DNA from: Bacteroidales bacterium
Lineage (GTDB): Bacteria > Bacteroidota > Bacteroidia > Bacteroidales > UBA12077
Direction: 5' to 3'
Assembly: GCA_028282585.1 (NCBI GenBank)
Contig: JANQHR010000126.1
Coordinates: forward strand, 1-64,000
DNA length: 64,000 bases
Shown: piece by piece, positions 40,441 through 50,410 of the stretch
Position numbering within the stretch: the first letter of the stretch is position 1
Layout of the letters: the number at the start of each line of letters is the position of its first letter
Notes under the pieces: generated by a model
Databases searched by the model: none
The model's input: only the letters and a program-made list of their open reading frames with translations
What the model was told of the DNA's origin: nothing
Position numbers and translations under genes: made by a program

Positions 40441-40897
40441 GGAGTTTATGCGAGAAGCGATCAGGTTATCTATTCAAAATGTAGATAAAAATGGAGGTCC
40501 TTTTGGAGCAGTGATAGTTAAAAATGGTGAGATAATTGCTACCGGAGTTAATCGTGTTACTTTAAATAATGACCCAACTGCACATGCTGAGATAAATGCA
40601 ATTCGCGAAGCTTCAAAAAAACTTGGAACATTTGATTTGCAAGGCTGTGAAATCTATTCTTCGTGCGAACCTTGCCCAATGTGTTTAGGTGCAATTTATT
40701 GGGCGCATATAGATAAATTGTATTTTGCAAATACGAAACAAGATGCAAAAGAAATTGACTTCGACGATTCTTTTATATACGAAGAATTGAAACTTTCAAT
40801 TGAAAACAGGAAAATACCTACTTCTCAAATGCTAAGAGTGGAAGCGCTTGAAGCATTCAGCAAATGGAGAAATAAAACTGACAAAATTGAATATTAA
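40424..40897 (+). CDS. Zinc-dependent nucleoside/guanine deaminase (GuaD-like)
   Basis: GGPFGAVIV, DPTAHAE, SCEPCPMC, DFDD; start refined to ATG 40424. Confidence 0.9.
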   Translation: MSKNHEEFMREAIRLSIQNVDKNGGPFGAVIVKNGEIIATGVNRVTLNNDPTAHAEINAIREASKKLGTFDLQGCEIYSSCEPCPMCLGAIYWAHIDKLYFANTKQDAKEIDFDDSFIYEELKLSIENRKIPTSQMLRVEALEAFSKWRNKTDKIEY

Positions 40898-41418
40898 TGT
40901 CAAGAATCCAACGCAGTTTTTTTATAAGAGATGTTTTAGATGTAGCGTCTGACCTATTAGGTAAGATTCTGGTTCGAAAATTCGACGATGATTCTATTAA
41001 AAAATATTTAATTACAGAGGTTGAGGCGTATAGGGGGCAAGAGGATTTAGCATGTCATGCAAGTAAAGGAAGAACTTCTAGAACAGAAATTATGTTTCAT
41101 GAAGGTGGATATGTATATGTTTATCTAATTTACGGAATGTATTGGATGCTTAATTTTGTTACAGAAAAAAAGGATATTCCACAAGCAGTTTTGATTCGTG
41201 GTATAGAAGGATTTGATGGGCCAGGAAAATTGACCAAGAATTTGATGATAGATAAGTCATTTTACGGAGAAGATCTGATTTTTAGCAATAGATTATGGAT
41301 TGAGAACAGTGAGTTGTCAGAAGATTTTAAAATAAAAACTACACCAAGAATAGGAATTGATTATGCCGGTGACATTTATAAAAATAAATTATGGAGGTTT
41401 GTAATTGAAAAGGATTAA
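40897..41418 (+). CDS. DNA-3-methyladenine glycosylase (MPG family)
   Basis: ITEVEAY, YVYLIYGMY, GPGKLT, TPRIGI. Confidence 0.93.
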   Translation: MSRIQRSFFIRDVLDVASDLLGKILVRKFDDDSIKKYLITEVEAYRGQEDLACHASKGRTSRTEIMFHEGGYVYVYLIYGMYWMLNFVTEKKDIPQAVLIRGIEGFDGPGKLTKNLMIDKSFYGEDLIFSNRLWIENSELSEDFKIKTTPRIGIDYAGDIYKNKLWRFVIEKD

Positions 41419-41425
41419 AGTTCTT

Positions 41426-42538
41426 TCAGAAAAATCTATCATTAAATATAAACATTATTGCCCACGTATATTCAAGATTACTGCCCAATATATCATAAAA
41501 ACTTTCGAATCGGATATTTAGGTTAATTCCTTTTAAGACATTTTTGGTATAATCTATTTTCCCTATAGCAAGTTGCCTTAAAGGTTCTTCAACATAGAAT
41601 TTAGTTCTTGAATAGGATTCAAATAATGGATTTCCAATAGGCGCAATATATTGTTCTCCATGCCAATATCCAAAATCCAGATCGAATATTGGAGTTATTA
41701 TGTTCAAAGTTGTATAGCTTGCAATTCCATCAATAAACATTTGCTGCTTATTGGGAGAAAGATCCTCATAACTTACGACATAACTTGCTAAACTAAATTG
41801 TTTAATTAAATTATTATTCAATGGTTTAGACAATTTAATTCCGGTTGCATTATTAAAAATTGTAATTAGAGGTTTTGAAGTATTACTATTAATTTGTCCA
41901 CCTTCATGTCTAATTAAATTCTGGAACGGAATAAATAATTGAAAATTTTTCTTATCAATTATTAGAAATTTCGATGATAATCCTACATTAAACTGCTCTT
42001 GAAATGGATCTCCCTGCACAATTTGCTGTTCCCAATCTAACCATAAGTCTGCAAAAATTCGATCACTATTCCATAAAAACTGGATTCCATTTTCAATGCT
42101 TTTATTTAAATATCTCTCAAAATCAAAAAGAGGTTCAATCAATTTATGGTTTGTAGTTCCATATATGTTTCCAAGAATGAAATCTAAATTTTTATGAATT
42201 TTATATTGAAATGCTAATAATAATCTTGCCTCTACTTCATTTTCACGGCCATAATAGGAGAGAAAATTCCCCCCTAAACTCAATTTTAATTTTGCACTTG
42301 GCGTATAAATAAATCTTGGGGTAATATTAAAACCAAGTAGGGTATATCCTTCCGCAATGGGTCCAAAATACTCGTTGTTTTTAATAAAATTATTGTTATC
42401 AATATGAAGATATAGTTTTCCAGTATCGCTTTTATGAATTTTATAATCTTGAATTAAAATGGAGTCATTTTGCGAATAAGAATGTGCAAAAGTAAAAATA
42501 TTTAAAATGAGTATAGTAAGCGAAGTCTTAAAATTCAT
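41426..42538 (-). CDS. Hypothetical exported protein, probable outer-membrane beta-barrel
   Basis: Signal peptide, alternating aromatic/hydrophobic strands, terminal Phe. Confidence 0.65.
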   Translation of the reverse strand: MNFKTSLTILILNIFTFAHSYSQNDSILIQDYKIHKSDTGKLYLHIDNNNFIKNNEYFGPIAEGYTLLGFNITPRFIYTPSAKLKLSLGGNFLSYYGRENEVEARLLLAFQYKIHKNLDFILGNIYGTTNHKLIEPLFDFERYLNKSIENGIQFLWNSDRIFADLWLDWEQQIVQGDPFQEQFNVGLSSKFLIIDKKNFQLFIPFQNLIRHEGGQINSNTSKPLITIFNNATGIKLSKPLNNNLIKQFSLASYVVSYEDLSPNKQQMFIDGIASYTTLNIITPIFDLDFGYWHGEQYIAPIGNPLFESYSRTKFYVEEPLRQLAIGKIDYTKNVLKGINLNIRFESFYDILGSNLEYTWAIMFIFNDRFF

Positions 42539-42691
42539 GTAAAATTTTTATGAGTTCGAAAATAAGAAAAAACCCTTAAAAACAACTTTTTATATATCGA
42601 TAAATTCTTAATTAAGGTAAAATTTAAAATTAGATTTAACGTTATTTGTTTTAATTTAGGGCATTATTTTGATAAATCAATTTTACATAAA

Positions 42692-45600
42692 ATGAAAAAT
42701 TTCCGTTTATACAATATTGTTGTTGGCTGGATTTCATTCTTAATAGCTGCAATTGTTTATATGCTAACCATTGAACCAACTGCCAGTTTTTGGGATTGTG
42801 GAGAGTTTATAGCATCTGCATATAAATTAGAGATTGGTCACCCTCCTGGCGCACCGTTTTTTATGATATTAGGTAGGTTTTTTACAATTTTTACAGGATC
42901 TCCGGAAAATGCTGCAAAAATGGTTAATATATTATCAGGGTTGGCTAGTGCCTTTACAATATTGTTCTTATTTTGGACAATCACTCATTTTGTTCGTAAA
43001 ATTGTTATTAAAGCTGATAAAGATTATAGCACCGGGAATATTATAACTATTTTAGGTAGTGGATTGGTTGGTGCATTAGCTTATACTTTTTCAGATACTT
43101 TTTGGTTTTCAGCTGTTGAAGCAGAAGTTTATGCAACATCTTCATTATTTACTGCAGTAGTTTTCTGGGCAATTTTAAAATGGGAAAATGAATCGGACAG
43201 AAAATATGCTAATCGCTGGATTATTTTAATTGCTTATCTGATTGGACTTTCAATTGGTGTTCACCTGTTAAATTTATTGGCGATTCCCGCAATAGTTTTT
43301 GTTTATTATTTTAAAAAATACCCGGTAACTAAAAAAGGAGTATTTTATGCATTATTAATTTCCGGAATTTTATTAGGATCAATCATGTATATATTGATAC
43401 CAGGCATTGTAAAAGTAGCATCTTGGTTCGATTTGTTATTTGTAAATGGATTTGGATTACCATTTAATTCGGGAACAATATTTTACGTAGCTGTTTTAAT
43501 TTCATTGATTATTTGGGGAATAAAATATACTCAGCGAAAAGGTAAAGTTGTATTTAATACCATAATTTTGGGAATGACAGTAGTTTTAATAGGATACTCG
43601 TCTTACGCAATGATTATTATTCGATCATCTGCTGATCCACCAATGGATCAAAATAATCCTGATAATGCTTTTGACTTACTTTATTATTTAAATCGGGAAC
43701 AATATGGAGATAGACCTTTATTTTATGGTCAGACTTTTGATGCTCCCATGGTTGATAATAAAAAAACAAAGCCTGTCTACATAAAAAAAGGAGGTAAATA
43801 TATTATAGCAGATCATAAAATTGAAGTTGAATATGATGATCGATTTACTACGTTATTTCCAAGAATGTATAGTCCGGATAATAATCATGTAAATGAATAT
43901 AAAAAGTGGTCAAATCTTGATGGAGATGAAATTACAGTTAATTCAAGAGGAGGTCAGGTAGAGAAAAGGATTAAACCTTCTTTTGGAGATAATATAGGAT
44001 TCTTTATTAGATATCAGGTTGGCCATATGTATTTTAGATATTTTATGTGGAATTTCGCCGGGCGACAAAATGATATTCAAGGGCATGGAAATGTTTTAAA
44101 AGGAAATTGGTTAAGTGGAATTCCATTTATTGATAATGCAAGATTAGGAGATCAGGATTTGGTTCCCGAGCATTTGAAAAATAACCCTGCAAGAAATGAA
44201 TATTTTATGCTCCCATTTATATTAGGATTAGTTGGATTATTTTTTCATTACAAAAAGCAAAAATATGATTTTACAATAGTGCTAATGTTGTTTATTCTAA
44301 CAGGTTTGGCAATTGTTGTTTATTTGAATCAGTATCCGTTACAACCACGCGAACGGGATTATGCCTATGCAGGATCGTTTTATGCATTTTCAATTTGGCT
44401 GGGTTTAGGAGTTGCAGGATTAATTGATTTATTAAGTAAAAAGGCTCCAAAGGTAATGTCTGCCTCTTTAGTTACTTTAATAACCTTAATATTGGTACCT
44501 GGAATAATGGCATCTGAGAATTGGGATGATCATGATAGATCAGGACGTTATACCGCAAGAGATATGGCATATAATTACCTTAACTCATGTAAGGAGAATG
44601 CTATCTTATTTACAAATGGCGATAATGATACGTTTCCGCTTTGGTATGCTCAAGAAGTGGAAGGCATAAGAACAGACATAAAGGTTTGTAATCTGAGTTA
44701 TTTACGCGCAGCTTGGTATATAGATCAAATGAGCAGAAAATCATATGAATCGGAAAAACTTCCATTTTCATTAACTTATGAACAATACCATAAAGGGAAT
44801 CGCGATATTTTGCCAATTTACGATAGAGTAGGACAGGCAGTTGATGTAAAAGATGTAATGGAATTTATTGCAAGTGATGATCCAAAAACTAAAATTAAAT
44901 CACCTTTTGTCGCAAATGAAACAATTAATTACATCCCAACTGATAAGTTTAAACTGCAGATAAATGCTGAAGATGTGTTGAAAAAGGGTATTGTAAGTGA
45001 AAAATACGCAGATAGAATTGAAGATAAAATGGAATGGAGTTTTGGTCAGCGATATTTATATAAAGACGGATTAATGCTACTTGATATGTTAGCAACAAAT
45101 AATTGGGAGAGACCAATTTATTGGGCAATGACTGTTTCAAGTTCAAAGTATTTTAACCTGCAAAAGTATTTTAAAGTTGATGGGCTAACTTATCAGCTAG
45201 TGCCAGTATTGGCTGAGAATGAAAGATTTTACAGCGGAGAAGTAGATTCGGATGTAATGTATGATAATATAATGAATAAATTTCGTTGGGGTGGAATAGA
45301 AGAAAATGATATTTATTTTGACGAAAATAACATTCGAATGTTTTCTAATTTAAGAAGTAGTTTTGGTCGTTTAGCAGAAAAATTAATTAAAGAAAATAAG
45401 AGAGATTCTGCACTAAGAGTTCTTGATCGATGTATGGAGCTGTTTCCTGATCATAAAATACCTTACAATAATACTTTGATTTCAGTAATTTCAGCGTATT
45501 ATCATGCAGAAGCATATGAAACCGCAGATGATTTGGTACAGAAGCTTTCGGATAAAGTAAGTGTAGAATTAGACTATTATTTTAGTTTAGATCCGAAATA

Positions 45601-45757
45601 CATGATAGGAACTAAAGACATGTCAAAAGAAAAACAATTAAATTTATATATTCTACAGGAGCTATATAAAATTACCGCTGATAATAATCAAATTGAAAAG
45701 GCAAAGGATATTGAATTAAGGTTTATGAATTATATGCAGTTATATAATAGTTATTAA
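42692..45757 (+). CDS. DUF2723 family membrane protein (GT-C, TMEM260-like)
   Basis: PTASFWDCGEFI, HPPGAP, FSAVEAEVYA, PRERDY, GDNDTFPLWY. Confidence 0.9.
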   Translation: MKNFRLYNIVVGWISFLIAAIVYMLTIEPTASFWDCGEFIASAYKLEIGHPPGAPFFMILGRFFTIFTGSPENAAKMVNILSGLASAFTILFLFWTITHFVRKIVIKADKDYSTGNIITILGSGLVGALAYTFSDTFWFSAVEAEVYATSSLFTAVVFWAILKWENESDRKYANRWIILIAYLIGLSIGVHLLNLLAIPAIVFVYYFKKYPVTKKGVFYALLISGILLGSIMYILIPGIVKVASWFDLLFVNGFGLPFNSGTIFYVAVLISLIIWGIKYTQRKGKVVFNTIILGMTVVLIGYSSYAMIIIRSSADPPMDQNNPDNAFDLLYYLNREQYGDRPLFYGQTFDAPMVDNKKTKPVYIKKGGKYIIADHKIEVEYDDRFTTLFPRMYSPDNNHVNEYKKWSNLDGDEITVNSRGGQVEKRIKPSFGDNIGFFIRYQVGHMYFRYFMWNFAGRQNDIQGHGNVLKGNWLSGIPFIDNARLGDQDLVPEHLKNNPARNEYFMLPFILGLVGLFFHYKKQKYDFTIVLMLFILTGLAIVVYLNQYPLQPRERDYAYAGSFYAFSIWLGLGVAGLIDLLSKKAPKVMSASLVTLITLILVPGIMASENWDDHDRSGRYTARDMAYNYLNSCKENAILFTNGDNDTFPLWYAQEVEGIRTDIKVCNLSYLRAAWYIDQMSRKSYESEKLPFSLTYEQYHKGNRDILPIYDRVGQAVDVKDVMEFIASDDPKTKIKSPFVANETINYIPTDKFKLQINAEDVLKKGIVSEKYADRIEDKMEWSFGQRYLYKDGLMLLDMLATNNWERPIYWAMTVSSSKYFNLQKYFKVDGLTYQLVPVLAENERFYSGEVDSDVMYDNIMNKFRWGGIEENDIYFDENNIRMFSNLRSSFGRLAEKLIKENKRDSALRVLDRCMELFPDHKIPYNNTLISVISAYYHAEAYETADDLVQKLSDKVSVELDYYFSLDPKYMIGTKDMSKEKQLNLYILQELYKITADNNQIEKAKDIELRFMNYMQLYNSY

Positions 45758-46378
45758 ATGTTAAAAAAAGAACATATTGCAGCAAAAATTCTTAGAGATT
45801 TAACCTGGCATTTTGCAGGAAAAGACAATGAACTTTTCTTAACTTTTGATGATGGCCCTTCTCCTGAGATTACTCCATGGGTGCTATCTATATTAGCGGA
45901 GTATGACGCAAAGGCAACTTTTTTTTGTATAGGAGGCAAAGTAGATAGAAATCCGAGTTTGTATGAACAAATATTGAAAGAAGGACATTCCGTAGGAAAC
46001 CATGGATATTTGCACATGAATGGATGGAGAACAGGAACCGATAAGTATGTTAGAAATGTTTACAGAGCAGCACATTTTATAAATTCGGATTTATTCAGGC
46101 CTCCTTATGGGAGGATTCGTCCAAAACAAATTACTCAATTAAAAAAAGAGTTTAGAATTGTAATGTGGGATGTACTATCAGGTGATTACGATAAAAAAGT
46201 TAATGAAGTAAGGTGTTTGTACAATGTTCTATCTTATGCCGAATCAGGATCAATCATTGTTTTTCATGACAATATGAAGTCTGAGAAAAACCTAAAGTAT
46301 GTTTTACCAAAAGTGCTTGAGCATTTTACGAAAAAAGATTTTATATTTAATTCAATAGAGTATAAAAAAATAGATTAA
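45758..46378 (+). CDS. Polysaccharide deacetylase (CE4/NodB)
   Basis: LTFDDGP, ATFF, GNHGYLH, FRPPYG, VFHD. Confidence 0.92.
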   Translation: MLKKEHIAAKILRDLTWHFAGKDNELFLTFDDGPSPEITPWVLSILAEYDAKATFFCIGGKVDRNPSLYEQILKEGHSVGNHGYLHMNGWRTGTDKYVRNVYRAAHFINSDLFRPPYGRIRPKQITQLKKEFRIVMWDVLSGDYDKKVNEVRCLYNVLSYAESGSIIVFHDNMKSEKNLKYVLPKVLEHFTKKDFIFNSIEYKKID

Positions 46379-47544
46379 GATCTTTTATTAAAAAGGAACT
46401 TATAAATTAACAAAAAAGGTCTTAAAAAATAATAAATAAAAAATAGAGAGTCTTTTATTTTTACTATTTCCCAATCAGACAGATGTGTTCTAAGTCGAAA
46501 CAATAAATCCAGATAATATTTAGAATCTTTTTTAAGTTTTAGTCTGTAAAAAACAAACTTCAGTTTTCCTAAGATATTTTTTTGACTAATATCTTTGGTG
46601 TTTATAGAGTTTAAAGGCATTCTTATTAAGGCAGGTTTTATATTAAATTCGATAAAATTTATCTCTTTAGTATGATATATCTTATTCGAAAGCATACAAG
46701 CCTGAATAAATGTTTTATCTAGTTTTAATTTCTTAGATAGGTCGAAAGCAGATTTTAATTCATTTTCATTGCTTTTTGTAATTGAAACAGAAAAATCTTT
46801 TAACCAAAATAATCTATACCATTGATGAATACTTCCATGCGCAGCCTGATAAACTAAGTTTTCAGTTTTAGAGATATAAGGTAATTTGTAATTTGAAACC
46901 TTCAGGTTTTGTTTGTTAGAGATGATATTATTTGTTTCTAATCCTAAAAATGATTTAGGGTTAGTCATATTCCAATGCAGTTCAATTTCAATTCCTTGAA
47001 TTGAATGGACAAAATGATAATGATGACTTATGCCATAATTGATTTTTTTTTGTTTTTCTGTTAATTTTATAGAAGGATAGACACAGATAAAATTAAAGTC
47101 TTCAATGATTTTTTTTGCTCTTTCAGTATCGCTGTTTTTTACTAAAACATCAATATCCCTGAAATTTCTAAAACCGATATCATTGTATAAATCGATTGAA
47201 AGCAATGGACCTTTAAAGAAACAGTGCTCTATATTTTGTTTATTAAATTCCTCATGAATCCTTATCGCATGTATCGCAAAATTTAAAGCACGTTTTGAGT
47301 GTTCTAACCGGATTTCTATTAATTTTTCGTAAACAGGGATAGGTATTTTTTCTGCTAAAAAAGTAGAATGTTTTAATATATGTGATATGACTCTGTGTTT
47401 AATGGCAAGCTCAAAAAAGTCATCCCAATCAATTTTGGAAAGATCTAATTGATAGTCACTCTCTAATTTATTTTGTGTAAGGTAAATTATAAGTTTGAGT
47501 TCTTCTGAAAATTTTGAACTCATATAGCTTTTTATTTTATTCAT
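46375..47544 (-). CDS. Nucleotidyltransferase family protein (NTP_transf_5-like), lasso-cluster tailoring enzyme
   Basis: FKG, R..RDIDVLV, IELHW, H..IH.W.RL.WL.D motifs; start overlaps the cyclase stop by 4 nt. Confidence 0.85.
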   Translation of the reverse strand: MNKIKSYMSSKFSEELKLIIYLTQNKLESDYQLDLSKIDWDDFFELAIKHRVISHILKHSTFLAEKIPIPVYEKLIEIRLEHSKRALNFAIHAIRIHEEFNKQNIEHCFFKGPLLSIDLYNDIGFRNFRDIDVLVKNSDTERAKKIIEDFNFICVYPSIKLTEKQKKINYGISHHYHFVHSIQGIEIELHWNMTNPKSFLGLETNNIISNKQNLKVSNYKLPYISKTENLVYQAAHGSIHQWYRLFWLKDFSVSITKSNENELKSAFDLSKKLKLDKTFIQACMLSNKIYHTKEINFIEFNIKPALIRMPLNSINTKDISQKNILGKLKFVFYRLKLKKDSKYYLDLLFRLRTHLSDWEIVKIKDSLFFIYYFLRPFLLIYKFLFNKRS

Positions 47545-49409
47545 TTAAACATGGTTGGATTATTTTCAATAAACAGAATTAATTTTAAATAGTTATAAAA
47601 TGCTCCGGGGTTTATATCCCGATATTTTTTTTCTGATCTTTTACGTAATTTATTAAACCATTGTTCGTATTTATTTACATCAATATATTGGGTAATTAAT
47701 TTATTTGATTTTGCCCTTGTAATAATTTCAAGAATTTGTTCCGAATCATTCATCATTCGCATATGAACAGTAGGAATTGTTGCCCCACTTTTATCATTTC
47801 TCCATTGAATTTTTTCAGGAACTATTCCTTCAAGTGATCTTCGAATCAGGTATCTGCCGATTCCGTTTCTAGCTTTCAACCTGGTTGGAACGGATAAATA
47901 ATATTCGATTAAACGGATATCAAGTAATGGATATCTATATTCGATACCATAGTTTCTTGCTATCAAAGAACAATATTCAAGACGCTGTGATACATGCTGA
48001 TGTGTAATTCTTTCAATATTTCTTTGTTGTAGTCCGGTTATATTTAATTTTTGATAATTAGAATAATATCTTTCCTTTATTTTATGTTTTTCTAAAAAAA
48101 ATGGATTGATTGCCAGGTTTTTAAATTTATAAGTCCACCAGGGTTTTTTAAATTTTAGTTTTAAAAGAATCGGGAAACGGGATTTTAAAAAAACTTTAAG
48201 ATACCTTTTTAGATAATTTAAATAATTGGGATATTGATTTTTGAGATCAACCTTAAGTTCTTTCCATTTTTTATTTGCAGCCAATTCATTTAAATATCCC
48301 GAAGATTTTGAGGTAACTACTTCATCGCCACCAAATCCAGAAAGTAAAACAGTTATATTTTCTTGCTTTGCTTTTTCGTATAACTGATCAGAAAATACAC
48401 CAAAATTTTGCTGAAACAAACTTCTGGTCTCACTTACATTTTGTTTTAATGTTTTGAGTAAAGATTTCTCTGATGTTATAAAATTTCGATTCTCTATTTT
48501 ACTATAATTCGCTAATAGATTTATAAAATCCCGTTCATCTTTAAAGGGATGAATTTTTCCAAATAAATGGTCTGGTAAAACATGAGAAAATGATTTAACT
48601 GGAAGAAAGTTTGAGGCTATAGCCATAACACAAGATGAGTCAATTCCACCGCTTAATTCTGCGCCAACCGATTCCACGTATTTGGTTCTGCAACTAACAG
48701 ATTCAAATAGCAAGTGTTTAAAATCGTTAATTATATCAACATCTTTTTTTTGAACTTCCCTTTTAGTGTTTAGTACCCAATATGATTTTATATCGAGCTT
48801 ATTATTTTTTAATATAAGAATGTGTGCCGGAGGTAATTTCTTAACTTCGGCATAAGTTGTTCGGAATTTTTCCGATTTTACAATAGAAATTGTATCGGCG
48901 ACTTGTTGATTGTCAATTGAAAAAACAAGATCGGTTTGTTCTAAAATGCTAGCGACATCGGTTGAAAAAACAAATGAGTCTTTATTAAAATAATAATGAA
49001 AGGGTTTTATTCCCAAATGATCACGAGCACAGAAAAGCTCTTCGTTTTTTGAATCCCAGATCGCGAAAGCAAAATCACCGATTAGGTAATTTACGCATTT
49101 ATTTCCCCATTTTATATATGCTTCTAAAATGATAAAATCATCACTGAGGCCTTTATTAATTTCTAAATCTCTGATGATTTCATTTCTATTGTAAATAACA
49201 GAATCAGAAACCAGGATAAAACCTGCATAATTTAAAATGGGTTGGTTTTCAAAAGGTGGGAAAAGTACTAGCCCAAAACCAGAGTGATTTTCTAGTGTAA
49301 ATTGAGATTTATTTTTTAAATAAACGGTAAGTTTTTTGATACTTTTCTTAAAAAGCTCTTGGTTTATAGGTTCTGTGTTAACGTTTACTCTTCCAAATAT
49401 AGACCGCAT
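47541..49409 (-). CDS. Lasso peptide cyclase (asparagine synthetase-like C protein)
   Basis: ARDHLGIKP, LSGGIDSS ATP loop, LSGFGGDE, YRYPLLD; no N-terminal Cys2; neighbours are B1/B2 genes. Confidence 0.88.
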   Translation of the reverse strand: MRSIFGRVNVNTEPINQELFKKSIKKLTVYLKNKSQFTLENHSGFGLVLFPPFENQPILNYAGFILVSDSVIYNRNEIIRDLEINKGLSDDFIILEAYIKWGNKCVNYLIGDFAFAIWDSKNEELFCARDHLGIKPFHYYFNKDSFVFSTDVASILEQTDLVFSIDNQQVADTISIVKSEKFRTTYAEVKKLPPAHILILKNNKLDIKSYWVLNTKREVQKKDVDIINDFKHLLFESVSCRTKYVESVGAELSGGIDSSCVMAIASNFLPVKSFSHVLPDHLFGKIHPFKDERDFINLLANYSKIENRNFITSEKSLLKTLKQNVSETRSLFQQNFGVFSDQLYEKAKQENITVLLSGFGGDEVVTSKSSGYLNELAANKKWKELKVDLKNQYPNYLNYLKRYLKVFLKSRFPILLKLKFKKPWWTYKFKNLAINPFFLEKHKIKERYYSNYQKLNITGLQQRNIERITHQHVSQRLEYCSLIARNYGIEYRYPLLDIRLIEYYLSVPTRLKARNGIGRYLIRRSLEGIVPEKIQWRNDKSGATIPTVHMRMMNDSEQILEIITRAKSNKLITQYIDVNKYEQWFNKLRKRSEKKYRDINPGAFYNYLKLILFIENNPTMFK

Positions 49410-49423
49410 ATATTCGTTTTAAG

Positions 49424-49496
49424 CAAAGATAAGCAATTTACGCAAGTGTCTTTAAACAACTGAAAACAGGATTTTATCTGTTTTTCAATAAATTTG
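49424..49496. promoter_or_regulatory. Divergent promoter region of the lasso cluster
   Basis: TATCTTTG on minus (49424-49431), TAAATTTG on plus (49489-49496), imperfect inverted repeat tgaaaacag/ctgtttttca between them. Confidence 0.5.
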
Positions 49497-49513
49497 TGTT
49501 AGTTTGCACTAAA

Positions 49514-50410
49514 ATGAAAAAGAAATTTACATATAAAGCATTTGGCTTAATTTTTAACTCGGATTTTGAAATTCCGGAACTCTTAACCGGATCAGGCGAT
49601 ACTGGCATAAAAATCGAGTTGGGGAAGACTCCAAATCAACTTCAAAAAATTACTAATAAAGGAGTAAAATATGAAGCAACTAAAAATGAATTTTTGCTTC
49701 AGGTTGATCACATAGCAAGATATTATGTTCAAGACGGCGAGAAAATAACCATAGAATTATTAAAAGATAAAGTTGATAAAGAAGTTAGGTTGTTTTTGTT
49801 AGGTTCTGCATTTGGTTCTCTTTTTCTTCAAAGGGGATTGCTGCCGATCCATGGGAGTAGTATTAAGTTCAAAAACTTTGCAACTATATTTACAGGCTTA
49901 AGCGGTGTTGGAAAATCAACTATAGCGGCACATTTTGTTAAACTATCTTATCAGGCTTTGGCAGATGACATTAGTGTTATAAATCACCAATTGCAAGTTG
50001 CGCCTGGTTTTCCAAGTTTGAAAATATGGAATGATGTTTTGGAAAAATTGGAAATTGACAGTGAAAAATTAAATCAAATAAGGCCAAATTTTAAAAAGTT
50101 TCGTGTACCGGTTAATGAGCAATATTATTCCGAACCAGTTCCATTGAAAAATATCGTGATTCTTAGCACAAAAAACTCTCCGGGATTTGAAATCGAGGAG
50201 TTAAACGGAATTAAAAAGTTTACTGCAATCAAGAATAATACCTATCGATATCGATTTGTTCAGGGGCTTGAAAAACAACTGGATCATTTTCAGATTCTTG
50301 ATAAGCTCTTGCCGAAAATAAAGGTTTATAAAGTTTCAAAACCACAGGCCCCATTATTGTTAGATGAATTAGGTGATTTTTTATTACAGAAAATTGAATT
50401 AAATGTCTAA
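49514..50410 (+). CDS. HPr kinase-like lasso peptide kinase (PadeK/ThcoK type)
   Basis: Y.AFGL...S.., LQRG..PIHGS, GLSGVGKST P-loop, ADD, PGFP.LKIW; start refined to ATG 49514. Confidence 0.88.
   Translation: MKKKFTYKAFGLIFNSDFEIPELLTGSGDTGIKIELGKTPNQLQKITNKGVKYEATKNEFLLQVDHIARYYVQDGEKITIELLKDKVDKEVRLFLLGSAFGSLFLQRGLLPIHGSSIKFKNFATIFTGLSGVGKSTIAAHFVKLSYQALADDISVINHQLQVAPGFPSLKIWNDVLEKLEIDSEKLNQIRPNFKKFRVPVNEQYYSEPVPLKNIVILSTKNSPGFEIEELNGIKKFTAIKNNTYRYRFVQGLEKQLDHFQILDKLLPKIKVYKVSKPQAPLLLDELGDFLLQKIELNV

Noticed and set aside
47541-49409. Housekeeping asparagine synthetase AsnB
   Set aside because: No N-terminal catalytic Cys (starts MRSIFG) and it sits with RRE, B2 and precursor genes; a lasso cyclase fits better
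49514-50410. Catabolite-repression HPr kinase HprK
   Set aside because: No PTS context; the N-terminus and neighbourhood match lasso peptide kinases
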